NCBI GenBank assembly: GCA_026026165.1
Contig: JAPEUD010000075.1
Coordinates: 1-64,000 of the forward strand
Direction: 5' to 3'
Length of the DNA: 64,000 nt
Origin: Sarea resinae
Lineage: Eukaryota
Shown here: piece by piece, positions 11,464 through 24,636 of the stretch
Layout of the letters: each line of letters opens with the position of its first letter
How positions within the stretch are numbered: position 1 is the stretch's first letter
Translations under genes and position numbers: made by a program
The notes under the pieces: model-generated
What the model saw: the letters and a program-made list of their open reading frames with translations, nothing else
What the model was told of the DNA's origin: nothing
Databases searched by the model: none

Positions 11464-13773
11464 GCGTGCGCAGTGGACTACATCTGCATACACAGCGAAG
11501 GGAGAGGTGCACGGAGGACAGCAATCAAACGGAGAAGCATTTGAAGGTCTCTGGCTGCGACTTCAGCGCAACAGACACCCTTGCCCACTATGTACCAAAG
11601 GCCAAAATGATCCCTCTTCTAGATGAATGAAGACTATCACAATAAGACTCCGCTCCGCTTTCTCCGCCGGCCTTCCAGCTTGCAGAGGACCGCATCTAAG
11701 CGAGAGAGAGTTTCGGATCGGGCAAGCCTCCAGCTCGCCCCCGTGGATTCATCACGGATCATCGTCATCACTATCACACAGCTGGCATAGAGCAGCAGAT
11801 CGTCGCGTGGCACAACAGCGCTCTGACGCCTCATTGATATGTGGCCAAAGGATCGGACGAACCATCCAGATTCGAAGATGCTACGATTGGCTGTGCGAGA
11901 AGTCGAGTTGGCGTGCGATTTATTGCCGTACTTCCCATCGTACACTACCAGTGACCTACCTGCGACATCGATAGCACTCAGGGCTGCTGGCGAGCTCTAC
12001 CATGAATCCGCTGCGCCGATGGCCTGACAAGGGCATCCAGGCTTCAATCAATGCAATGATAGTTCGATTGATTTTGTTTTCGATGCTGGCACAGGAGTGG
12101 ACTTTCAGAGCGGTAAACGCTATCAAGTTTCTCATTCGCATGGCGCATGGAGTGCTTGCGTCAAGTTGACTAAAGGAACCGAAATCTCAAGTCGCAGACC
12201 TGGGATCTCCATAGATGGCCCTACCTTTGGATCTGATGTGGAACGGTATTCTGCGGTACCGTGGTAGGGCTTTCTGGGCTCTGGATATCATACGTACAAA
12301 GAATACGCCCGTCGGCCCTCATACGACGGGTCTCTTTCGGATACATTGCTTTGCAGGTCTCAGCCGTTGGGATTTTCACGATTTTCAGGATGCGGCCAAT
12401 AACGATCTCGATCTTGGTCGTTTGACGGCTGAACGCAGGCGACTAAGTAAGGCCAGGCCCGAGGCCAACACCGGTACGAGTACAAAGCCACCTTACCTCT
12501 CCGTACATAGCTGTAGCCACAGATCCATCGTAATGATACCTGGCCGGGAACCTATCACAAAAAGCTCAGGCTCCCCTCGCCAGTCGTTGGGCTTGGCGAA
12601 TGGCGTGGTACGAATCGGTGGCAGAGGCAGACAGAGGGGCATCCACATAGTATGATGGAGAGGATGCGTGCTGCATCTACGATGGATGGTACCGTAGCAG
12701 ACATCTCGGGACTGACACCGAGGACCAATCTCGACGAAGGGCGAGGACCGCCACAGTGACATCTACTCCGGAGTACGTAATCTCGTGGCGCTGCTCTCGG
12801 TCTGCATGCGCGACCAAAGTCATCTCTTGGCTTGTGACCAAGCCAATAATGAGGCTCCGTACTCGAGATGCATCATCGGTGGACGCTTTCGCCTTGGGCG
12901 ATGGCTTGGTGCGGGACCCAGCGTCCCTTGTGTATGACAAGAGACCGGGAAAGGTCTCTGGTTCAAAGTCGTTTCTGAGGTCTTCTCGAAGCAAGTCGAG
13001 TCAAACCATGCCATGCCATGCGTTCGCTGCTCGTCATCTACGCAGTACGTCGACGTTCGGTGCTTCATCAGCGCATCGCTTCTACGCAGTACCAACGCGC
13101 ATCTCCTACGCTGACGTGCATGTTGCAGCTGCGACGAGGGACATTTTGAGATGCAAGTACGAATGATGCACAGAATGAACGCGCAGAGAGTACGATGTTC
13201 GGGTGATGGTCACGTCGACGATGAGAGAAAGCCGGTGGGCGCCCCAATCATCCTCGGCGGCAGTCGGTATCCTGGATACCTCTCAGCGTTTCGTGGTAGC
13301 ATATCCATACGAGCACCAAACCTTAGCTGCCATGTCTTGCCTTGTCTATCGGCAGTGGAGACGAGGCAGGTGGTGCAGTGCATGATCTGGAAGGGTTTGG
13401 GCATACTACTAGGATGCATGTCCACAACAGACTGCAGAGTGGAGAAGTTGTCGAGAACGATGATGGTGATGATGATGCGAAATGTGATCGAGTGCGGCGT
13501 CTTGACGATTTGATCCGCTGACTACCTTCGCCACCCCAGTACCTGCTCCTGCTTCCCGAGTCCCCATCCTGTCCCCTTTATCTCCTTTCTATGGGGATTA
13601 ATAAGAGTTGACGTCGTTGGCGATCTAGAGGCATGTCGCAGGTCAGGTATGGAAATTACCTCGAGCAGTTGTCTGAGATTGATTCGTGTGTCCGTCCGTG
13701 GCCGTACTATTCGGTCGTAGCGGAGGTCACTAACAGGATAAGGGCAAGGGAAAAGGGAAAGGCAAAGGCCAGA

Positions 13774-13827
13774 GGGAAAGGGAAAGGGAAAGGGAAAGGG
13801 AAAGGGAAAGGGAAAGGGAAAGGGAAA
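13774..13827. repeat. (GGGAAA)9 microsatellite
   Basis: Nine exact units. Confidence 0.95.
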
Positions 13828-15215
13828 ATAGGGTACGGTATCGGCTCGCCCCCTTAGCACGGCTCGCCTAATGCGAGTCCTTCGAGGTACTCCTGCATAT
13901 CGATCTTGGCACGGGAGTACTTGTGCGCGGTACTTGCATCGATTCGACTACATAGTACCTACCCAAACCGAGTACCTCACCCAAGCACCCAAGCACCCAC
14001 CTCAAACAAGCACCTGGCCGGCTGTGGGCAGTCAATCAAGGACCACGCGCACCATCACCGCCACTACCACCACCACCACCATATTGATACCTTGGGGAGT
14101 CTTGATCGGTACCTCGTATGTACTCGACTGTACTCTCCGGTACTCGCCGGTACTCGCACGGTATCTGTCGTGGTCCTCGCCAGTACTCGTCGTAGCCAGG
14201 GTCCCCCCTCTCCCCGCCCATCTGCCACCCTATGGAGTACATGGTCAACATCGTCGACCTGGCCAATGATCCATCGGACTCGTAGGCTACTTTCTGCTAC
14301 TTCGACTCCTTCGACTCCTTCTTGCCTTGCCTTGCCTTACCTTCCCTTTCCTTACCTGACCTTACCCAAGGTTCTTACCTTACTCGCTCGTCCCCGAACG
14401 AAACAGCTCCTCGCTCTTCATCTCTCATCTCTCATCTCTCATCATCTCCTGTCCCTCTCTCCCTCTCACTCACGAACGCACTCACTCACTGCCCTCGCTA
14501 CGACTCCTCTGCTTCTGCTCCATCTTCACGAGAGCATACCCCCCTCTTCACCTGCCCACCTCTTACTGCGGTGTTGCACCTTCATCACCGTCCACGGCCG
14601 TCGAGAGTAGTGGTGACAGAAGGGTGATCATCCAAAAGCGTTTGCATACATACATACACGTCCAGCGTTGGTATTTTCCAGGGTCTCTTTTCAGGACTCC
14701 GTCGGCATCGGCTGCCTTGGTTGCGGTGAGACTCGTCGCCGAAGATCGGTTGTGCACAAAATTTCCTCCCCAACCCTCGCACTACCAACGGAGAACAACC
14801 TTGAATTCGACAGCGACGAATAAATCCTGCCAACACAAAAGCTGCATCCCTCACGTCGGTCGTCCAATCCAGCTTGCTACGGTCAAACGTCATTCTTTGC
14901 GGAAACGGAAAAGAAAAAATCACGACTTGAACGCTCTGGTATGATTTACGATTTTGCCCTTTGCGCCGTTTGACCGCCTGAAATCTACTGTTCTTCGGCA
15001 AACGAAAACCTCGTCCGACCTGTTTGAGAAATCACCGCCAGAGACAGCATCCGTACAATCAAACCCTCAATCTTATCTGCCCCTCCCTCAGACGAAAAGT
15101 CGGCTTCGATTTTACGCTTGCAGCGCGTCGGCGACGTAATAGATGCAAGGAGAACATTCCTTTCCCACACCGACGACGATCTAAGATTGAACATCAAATC
15201 TCTTCCGGGCCCGAG

Positions 15216-17148
15216 ATGAGTAGCCAGCATCTTCCCGATATGTATTATGATAATTCGTCGGCTCGCTCGCCTGGATCTCATCGCCAGCAACCGACCCTTC
15301 ACCGCCAATCCTCTCGACAGTTTGACGCGTACGGACAGCTGTCGAGCGGACTATACACGGCGGACGATCATGCCGCAAGATACGACACCAATAGATACGA
15401 CAGATTAAACGCGACGATGCACGGAGGCTATGGGTATGATGTGTCGGGCGCGCAGACGTGGAATCCCAGTGGATTTGGGGGAGCAAACACTTTGGGGGGG
15501 TTGGGTGCCACGGGAAGGATGAAGCCATCGAGGAATCAACGTAGTGCTCTTCCTTCGGTGAGAATCTCCCTTGAGGCTATGCAAGAGCACGTCGCTGATT
15601 ACCAATAGACATGGCTTGATCAGCAACAGCAACAGCAGGCCATGCCGAGCCTAAGCCCTTTCTCCGGGCTAGGAAACTCCAACCTTGGTGTCCCTTCGAT
15701 GCGACCGGACACTATGAGCTCTGATCCCGATGAGGAGCTCATTCCGACCGCAATTGTGATCAAGAACATACCCTTTGCCGTGAAAAAGGAGCAGCTCGTG
15801 CAACTGATGACCGACATGAACCTACCACTTCCTTACGCATTCAATTACCACTTTGATAACGGAGTATTCCGTGGCTTAGCATTTGCCAACTTTACGACTG
15901 CCGAAGAAACGGCCGCTGTCATCGATCATCTGAATCATTTCGAGTTGCAAGGACGGAAGCTTCGTGTCGAATACAAGAAGATGCTCCCTCTGGTGGAACG
16001 GGAGCGGATCGAGCGAGAGAAGAGAGAACGACGAGGCCAATTGGAGGAGCAGCACAGGCCGATGGCATCTTCGCAGCTGCACAGCCAGGCGTCCATGTCG
16101 TCTTTATCCTCACACATCCCTGCTACTTCGCCCTCCCCGGTCTCTCAGCGCAACACCAAACCCGGTAAGCAAATCCGATACTCCAGGGACCTCATCAATG
16201 TGTTGACACTGACTTTGGGAAGATGTAGACCTCAACGATCCCCAGACACTTCAGTTTTATTCACAACTGCTCCTCTTCCGAGACGATCTTGCTAGAGAAG
16301 CTCTTGTCTTTCCCTCTACGCTCTCTCCCGCTCAGCGCCGCATCGTGCATACCCTCGCTCATCATATGGCCTTGGCCCACGTGTCGAGGGGTAACGGCGA
16401 ACAGAGACAAGTCCATGTCTTTCGGGCCCCACCCGGCTCGAACATGAGCCCGCCAATCCAACAGATGCCGACCGTTCATGGCGACTCCCAACGCCGGGGC
16501 TTGAACCGAGCTGCTACCATCGACTTTAGTGAAGCACGAGGTTCCGATCCCGGATACTATGGCACGCTTGGTCGGCAGTCGTCGGGCCTCTTGGGCATTC
16601 CAGATTCCCCCGGCGGTCTCTCCGCTGGCCAGAACCTTCGTGCGGCCAAGTCTTTTGCCGACCTACGATCATACACGCCTTCGCCTGTCCCATCGTCGGC
16701 AAGCTTCCCGGCAGCTCTAGGGGCCAACGTTGCCAGATATGCGGATTATGGTCCGGCAAGTGGAGCAACGACAACGCCAAGCTTAACACCCACGGCCACG
16801 GGCTCGGCAATGTCCAACCGAGACGACAGCATGCTGGTCAACGGGCTCGGAGGCATGTCTCTAGGCAATAACCTCGGCGTTTCTGGTGGTAGCCCTCGTG
16901 GGCTTCGGGGGATGCTATCGTGGGAGAACCAGCCGTCGGTGACGGGACCGATTGGCAGTAACCGATCATTCAGCATGAACTATGATGATCAATCACGAGA
17001 TAGGAATCAATCTTTGCCGGTGCGACAACCCCGCGGCCCTGCTCCGGAGAGGGGCTCAGGATTCTCTCGGGGTCGCCAGAACGGTCACCATGGCCGAGGA
17101 AGCGATGAGTTGTCCACTCAGTCCGGCGTGGAGATTGTTGTGGAGTAA
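15216..17148 (+). CDS. cip2: RNA-binding post-transcriptional regulator (RRM + R3H; Cip2/Pin4-like), 3 exons
   Basis: RRM: TAIVIKNIPFAVKKEQL...FNYHFDNGVFRGLAFANF...GRKLRVEYKK; ERIEREKRERRGQLEEQH; R3H: AQRRIVHTLAHHM. Introns at 15558-15608 and from 16165. Confidence 0.88.
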
Positions 17149-18229
17149 TGCTGCTTCTGGAGATGTCGTTGCTGGCGAAATGCAAGGATGGCATGTTGAG
17201 GAATAGAAAATCCCACAGCAGAACGCCGCGCGTGTGGACCCGACGGGATAGAAGGGGATTTCACGAATGTTTACGAAACGAAAACGCCAATGCGTGAATG
17301 TTGAATGATGGATGATGTATGGCCGACTGAACGAACGAACGAACGAACGAATGTGTTCACGAAAAAGTAGATCTACCCCCAGCCGATTGATTGATATTCG
17401 TCGAGTTTTCTCTCTGCTCTATGTTTATTTTCCGATGTTTTGATGGATGTATTGTGAGGAGGTTGTTTGGTGGCTGCTGAGCGCTGTCTGAAGCAGTTGA
17501 ATGGCAGGTCCGTGCGGGCGGGGCGTGTTGGCTGGGGAGTCCAACCCTGGTATCGATTGGGGATAGGCTGGAAAGGGTGGAAGTGTGCGAGTGCGTGCGT
17601 ACCTGTTTCGTTGGATGCGGGCGAGCTCAAGAGAAGACGTGGAAGTGTGTGTTTGGATAATACTCTTATTTCTCTATGTTTCCGTTTCCACTTTTTTTTT
17701 TCTTTCTCGTGTTTCGTTTTTGTGTTTTTCTTTTTTTTTCGTGTTGCATTGCGTGCGGATTCTCGATACAGACAGGCAGACCGACAGACGGACAGATGAT
17801 GGACGGGGCCACTAAGTATCTTATCTCTACCTGACGTTGTCCTTGTAGTCCCTTGATTGGTTGGTAGTATGCGTGGTAGGAGGTACGAGGGAAAGGCAAT
17901 TGGCCGTCTTCATCTTTTACATCTTTGTCTCGTCTACGCTATGTAGTAGATCCGAGAGCAGAGGGTGAGTGAGGCATGCTGGAAGGGAAAGTAGAGAGGG
18001 AGAGAGGGAGGGAGGAATCTAATAATCTTTTATACCTACCTACCTGTCTACTCTTTTACGATCTGGGTGTCTGTGACTTGCTCTTCAGTGATTGACGTCG
18101 CTCTTTCTGATGATTGATCCCGCTTACGTTCCTGCCTGCCTACCTACCTGCCTAGATACCTATTTATCTACCTGACTCCCTATCTTGAGCACGCGTGAAC
18201 AAGTCAGCGGCGGCTGATATCCTCAACCA

Positions 18230-18353
18230 GATAGTAAGTACTATGTATGTTTGTATGTATAACAATTCTATCTGCCTAGGAAATTAAAGGTATGCTGGTC
18301 GTTGTGTTTATATACTAGGATACATACACTAGGCATTTAGTTTTCAACTAGTG

Positions 18354-18385
<32 letters not shown>

Positions 18386-18596
18386 TATCTGTTAGTTTAT
18401 CTGTTTATCTATCTGTCCTTCTGTCCTTCTATCTATCTGTTGATAGAACCTATTTGTAGAACCTATCGAACTATGTCTTTGTGCACCTGTTTATTGGTCG
18501 GTCTATCTATAAACCTATTAGTCTCACGGTTTACTTATCTATCTACCTATCTGTTGGTGTAAAAGTATAGAATTTAGTAAATATATAAGGTAAGGT

Positions 18597-18635
<39 letters not shown>

Positions 18636-19200
18636 AGAGTGCTATACTATACTAGAGTTTACCTAGGAGGTAGTGTTTAGTTTGTTAAGTTTAATTAGTA
18701 GTAAGAGCTAAGATAAGGAAGAAAGAGAGAAAGAGAGAAAGAAACAAAGTAATTAAATAAGTAAGTGTAGAGGTATAGAGGTATAGTGTTAGACACATAT
18801 ATAGTAAACAAGTAGAAGCACCTACTCACTTAGTAGTAATTCTATAGTAGTGTCTATATACAAGTCCTATCACATTTTGCTTAACAACAAAAGGAAAAAA
18901 GGAAAGGAAAGAACAACAGGTAAAAAAAGGGGTAGAACAGAATCTACATTTCCTATTTAACTATTAATTAGTTACAACTACACTACACTTACTCTGAAAA
19001 AAAAAGATAGAGGGGAAGAGAGAAGGTTAGAGTGATTAAGACTTTAGATTTGTTAGGTGTTAAAATAGAAGGGAGGGGAGAGAAAGAAAATAAAAAGGGA
19101 AAAGAGGGACAACAGAAGAGGGAAGGAGGTAGAGGCGTATGTATAGCAGGAATAGAGCGGATAGGGACTTGGGAGAGACCATGTGGTGTATCGAGAGACG
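18230..19200. other. AT-rich, TpA-rich low-complexity intergenic block (RIP-like) containing (GTCT)8 at 18354-18385 and (GA)n near 18600
   Basis: Visible drop in GC, abundant TA dinucleotides, almost no CpG; no ORF in the track from 17900 to 18988. Confidence 0.6.
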
Positions 19201-19283
19201 GAGATAGAGAGAGATGATATGACCCTTCTTCTTGCGTAACAGACCCGTCCACTCCTTGACTTCACATCTCAACTCAGCTCAAC

Positions 19284-21505
19284 TCAAGCCAGCAGAGAGC
19301 CCGGCCCATTCTCAGCAAGAAGCGCAAACTCGCCACCCTGCACGGGCCGCGCCTCGAACCCAAACCACTCGCCCGCGACATCGCCCGTGTCGTCGGACTG
19401 CGTGAAATAGCGATCGCCAAAGGGGACGTCATTCAAGCCGTTGCTGATGAAGGTGTTGATGTCGTCGACGAACATGGCCGTGGTCGAGTGGTTGGCCGGC
19501 GTCGTGGCGGCCGCGAAGAGCATCCAGTCCGTCTTGGACCAGTTGACGTTGCTGTCGAGCGGCACGCCGGCGGGCTGGCGCACCGACGGATAAAAGGACG
19601 CCTGCAGCGCGTACGCGGCCGCCGGGAAGACGTCGAGCCCGAGCAGCACGTCCGGGTACAGGTTGAAGGTCAGCGTCCAGGTCGTGTCGTTGCCGTACTG
19701 CAGCGTGAAGTGGGTGCGGTTGGCGTCGAGGCCGACGCCGTCCGTGTAGATGGTCTTGGCGAACGACGTCGCCGCCGCCGTGTAGGTGGCGTTGGACGTC
19801 AGGTTGCCAAACGCGGCGAGCGCCACGGCCGCCTTGATCGCGAGGTTGGTCTGGTTGGCGATGAAGCCGGCGCCGTCGTCCGTGGAGAGCTGCTGGGCTG
19901 GGTAGAGGCCATTGGCGATGAGATAGTCGGCGTAGGGCGCGATGGTCGGCGCGATCGACGCCGCCCACGCCGTGTTCGAGGTCGCGTACGTGTAGGCGTA
20001 CGCAAGGAGGAGGATGTTGCCCGATTCTTCTACCGGTTGCTCTTCGTCGACGCCATCGTCGTGGCCGGTGGCGTTAGGATAGGCTGCGAGAAAAGTCAGA
20101 GAAAGGGATTGACCGCCAGTTCGTGAGGTGAGTTACTTACAGTTTCCTAGGTCGTGGATGCAGTAGGGTTGGGGCCAGCGGCCCATTGCGAGGTATTGAA
20201 TGACGGGTTCGAGGAGAAAACGGATCCATTCCGGATCCATGGCATATAAAACAGGAAAAGCTGGATAGATGACGTCGATTGTTTGGATGTTGCCATCGCT
20301 GGAGATTTCCTTGAGAAACGCCATCATGTTGGAGCTGTTGCCGCCGGCTGGGACCACCAGGTCGATAGCGCCAAAGACTTGCCGCAAAGCCAAAGACACA
20401 ATGTTCGTGTATTCGTTTCCACCGGCGGCTGCGGCTGCGGTCGCTATACTGGAGTCTATGCTCAGGGACTCTGATTGCGCGGCGTCAAAATCGTCCAAGA
20501 ATGCCGAGACGGCAGTAACGGTGTCGCCATATTCCGTGGTGTAATACGCAACCTGAGCATCTCCGAGGTAGTTGACCGCCTCTGCTCTGACATAACCGAT
20601 CGCGAACGTCACAGATGAGCCAGAAGGAGGAATGGAGCCCAAGTCATGGGCAAGACCTACGACCCCGCCAACGGTCCACCCCGGCTGTGCGCCACTGAGA
20701 GTTCCATTAGAGACAAAGCCTCCACGAACGACATTTGGATCTCCCGAGGCTGCGGATAGACTCGAGTTGGTTGATGGACTGCTGGCAAAGACAGATGCAC
20801 CCCAAAGAGCCATATCCTCGTCATTCTGGGAGTAAGTCTTAGCGCCATTGGCAGACAGTTGATAGACCGATGTAGTGCCTGCGGTGGTGTAATTCCAGGT
20901 CGTGCTAGCAGACTGCCCGGTCCATGTATCATCGATATCGGAGTAGATCTGGACACAGGGCGTACTGCTATTTGTGCCGGAAACAGATACGGTAAGGTAG
21001 CTGAACGGCAAGGACTGGCGGACATAATTCTTTGGAGAGACCGGAGAGAAGAAATCGAGAGTGAAGGCGGCACCTCCAGCAGTGACATTAAAGAGGGAAT
21101 GGGTTGAAGTGTATGATCCGGCGACCACAGACGCCGGCTGTGTACCATTTATCGACGGAGAGACTCCAAAAAGATTGTACGCTTTTCCATTAACCCTGGC
21201 AATAATCGACCAAGTCAAGTTCTGGCCTTCCCAGAACTGCGCCGAAGATGACGGTAAGCTTGCGGTTTGATTTCCCGGAAGCCATGCTTGGGATTGTCAG
21301 CGTCGAATTATGGTCACGCATGAATGGCTTTCAGAAGCAGAATTGTTGGGGGTAGATTAGAAAATAAATGTTTACCAGACAAATAAGGGTTGCGAACAGC
21401 TAGAGGATACGACGGAGGCTGGAGAGGGTAGAAGGATGGACCTCCGGCCACCAGGCCATGAATAGTAAACGTAAAGAATGAAAGTAAGAATAGTAAAGAA
21501 GCCAT
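19284..21505 (-). CDS. gtaA: Secreted glutaminase A (GtaA)-family protein (DUF5127/DUF4965/DUF1793 type), 3 exons
   Basis: Hydrophobic signal peptide, PPSYPLAVRNPYLS|AWLP, FLKEISSDGNIQTIDVIYPAFP, IHDLGN|SYPNATGHDDG..E.QPVEESGN, QLSTDDGAG..ANQTNLAIKA, KTDW, ARPVQGG. Introns 21287-21375 and 20084-20140. Confidence 0.9.
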
Positions 21506-24500
21506 CGAAGCAAATGATCAGTTCGTGGTGAACGAATGGATGATTCATGGTTTGATATCAAGGGAAATTCAAGCTTCAAATAGAGATCGGGTGCCAGCTT
21601 CAGACCTTCAAAGGCGGGGCAGCTGGCAGAGCAGAAATTTCAGACGCGATGCGCTAGGGCTTCTAAGAAAGAGCAAGTCGCCTCGAGCTGTGCCATTTCA
21701 CTGCAGCTGCAAGTTCACACCCCTTCTCTTCAGATGACTTGGTCAGAGGTAGGATTCCGGGCATCCGGGAATGTCGCAGACGGTCGTCACCACATGCTCA
21801 GGTTGGGAATCTTCAAGTCCAGAACAAGAAACCTTGACTTCGAGACCATACCTAGACCGCATCTCGCAGGTATGCGGGGATTTTCCAGAAAAGGTGAAGT
21901 TGATTTCCGGTCACGGCCTATCGGACCCTTCAGATCTCATCTCCTGTCAAGGTGCAGATCAAGGCCAGCCCGCATTGCACTCGACGCAACCCGAGAACTT
22001 AGAGGCCGAAGCATCCAAGTACGTAAGATGTTCAGGCCAGGCACTGGTTCCAAGATGCCGGGGCTACCCAGCATCTGCTGGAAGGAGCTGTATGGCGCTG
22101 GCCAGAGGTTGCACCAGAGACGATAGGGCAGGGACAGATAGCGGGGGATCGCGTCCTGCGTGTAGACCCTCAGCAAGGCACGGTTCATCATCAGGACATG
22201 CTGCCAGCGATGATCAAGCTTGCAGGGGTGCCACGGCATTGATCAACGGGCCGTCACGTCAAAATGCCAGCGACAGCTGTGCCATCTCCAGCGAAGAGCG
22301 GATCCAATACTCGGGTCTGCGCTAGACGGCCAGGTGCGGAGCAGAATGCGGAGAATAGACGAATCGAAAGGTAGAACGTGGACGGTGAGGGCATGGGGGC
22401 CAAAAGCAAGATCACAAGCAGGAATGAACCCCTTGCAAAAAGCGCGAGAAAACAGTGTCTGGACACTGGCGATCTAGGTATCAAAGAAGATATATTGGGG
22501 GAATGATGATCAGCGGACAACAGCAGGAAGACGGCCACCCAACATTGCAGACTTGCCATGTCCCTGCTGCCTATCAATACGAAGGCTGGAAGCGAGAACG
22601 AGTTTCTGTCTTCATGAGTCTATGGGCCTATGGCGAGAAACTTGAAAGGGTAGGCGAACGAATGATCCGAGGGAGACAGTGAGTTAGAAGGCGGCAGGGT
22701 GGTCAAGCGACTTTGACGAGTGACGTTCCAAGGTTCCGGATATGCGCAGGAATCTACAGAGTGACGTCGGAAGACACGCACCCGCATCCTTGAGGGTCTG
22801 AGATGCATGCCCGTGGACGGATCTGCGGTGGAAGCTGGAGGAGGCGGTGCTCTGGTGCTCCTGGTGCTCCTGACTCGTGCGCCGGGCCGGTCAGGGAAGA
22901 ATCCGACGACGGATGGAGAGGAAACACTGCACTGAAGATGACCGCTCGAGCAAGGGCAAGGGCAAGGGCAAAGGCAAGGGGGAAGGCGAAGAGGGCAAGG
23001 CCAAGAACGCTGGACGTCGTGTGAAGCCGTTGCACTGGAGGTCTGTCATTCCTCTCCTTCCTATTATATCTGATCCGTACCCAGACCGACGAGCCCGTTG
23101 CACGAATGGCACGAGTCGCACAGATTGTGGGGTAACGAACGCCGTCACGACCTCGAGCTACTGCGGTACAAATACATGTCGAACCACCGGCCCGCCGTAG
23201 TCGACGATCCATGGGCTGGAAGTTCTCGCCTCGGCACCAGCACCAGCATCCATCTGGATCGAAGCCGAGCAGGAACGGAAAAGAGTGCGCGTGCGTTGAG
23301 CACGAGTGCGAGATCCATTTGCGCTCATCCATCGTGCGGGAGTCACTTGGTCCGTCAGGCAAGGGCATCTCGTCCAAGGAGAAGGCGCCCGCCTGCAAGG
23401 TACCTTGGCCTCTATTTGGATGTTTCGCATGACGGTGAAATACCCGACTGCATTCCATCGTTTCCTTGCGAGCTGCTGCCTATATTATTACCTACCTGAC
23501 GTGGTCCATGTTGTTGATGTTGCCTACCTCCAACCTGACCTTACCTTAGGTACTCATAGTACGTTGCCTACCTAGTATGTTGCCTATGTTGCCTATGTTG
23601 CCTACTAGGTACCTTCGGTACATAGTAGTACCTTACGTAACGTGCGCGCGACACACCTTCTCTCAGGTAATTTCGACCTGGTGCCGATGTGTCAGCCAGA
23701 CCACCGCGCAACCAGCGGGCTGAGTCAGAATCTGACCAGCTCGCCGCGACACACCGTCGCTCGGTTGCGGATCCAATCATGGCGGCGGGATCCGCTGGAC
23801 GATGGCAAGTGGTACCGCGTCCCTTCCAAAGTCGAAAGTACTCTGAGTAGACACTGAGATCAACCGAAGAGGCCGGCCGATCCATAGAGGGGAGAATCCT
23901 CGTCGATGAGTTCACGGTGAGATCGCCAGATTGCAAAAAACCCCCTTCACCTTCTGCCTCGACGGTGATGCCATCTTCCTGTCCCCTTCCGAACCGATCC
24001 GCCCTCTCCTCTCAAGCCACCGAAAAGCCAGCACGCCGGTGCCGCCAAATGATCCAACCCATCGTCATCGCGCTACGGCTGATGCGATCCCCAGCCTGAT
24101 ATCTGTTCGCTCTCCAACAACAACCGTGAACCCAAGACGAAAACCTTCCAATTGTTCCCCCAAACCGCCCTCTTCCGACAAATTGAAAGCGGACAAGGAG
24201 ACGAGTGGGACAAGCGTCTCATCCTGCGACCATCCGAAACATCCTGTACGACATCGATAAGAGCCTCTTGGGTTGGGAGAGAGGTCTTGCGTCTACGTTC
24301 TGACTTCTAGATCAGGAAATTACACGAGCACCCATCGCCATCTTTGGATCCGTGATCCTTGATCCAACGCCGTCTTCAAGGAGATCCACAGCATCTCTCC
24401 ATCAGCTCAACACTGTTGCTCCCCATCCGCCACTCGTACCGCGTCTCGCAGTCGCGCTTAAACCCAGCCACAAGGTCGCTTTTGGCTGACTGCCAATCCT

Positions 24501-24636
24501 TGTTCAGTCTTGCTCGACGCGATAAGAGGCTCATAGAGAAAGGAAGCCATCGACGAGGGAATACTTTCGGGATTCTCGCGGGCGATTTGGACGTCGTCAC
24601 GATCGATCCAGGTGTGGGTTGACGTCTCGTCGTGCC

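Noticed and set aside
11028..14627. Numerous 60-230 aa ORFs in the MINDY-cip2 interval
   Set aside because: Mostly non-ATG starts, microsatellite-derived composition, no domain motifs or codon bias.
21525..24620. ORFs between gtaA and HSF1; search for heat-shock elements
   Set aside because: No recognisable products, and no three-unit nGAAn array was seen.
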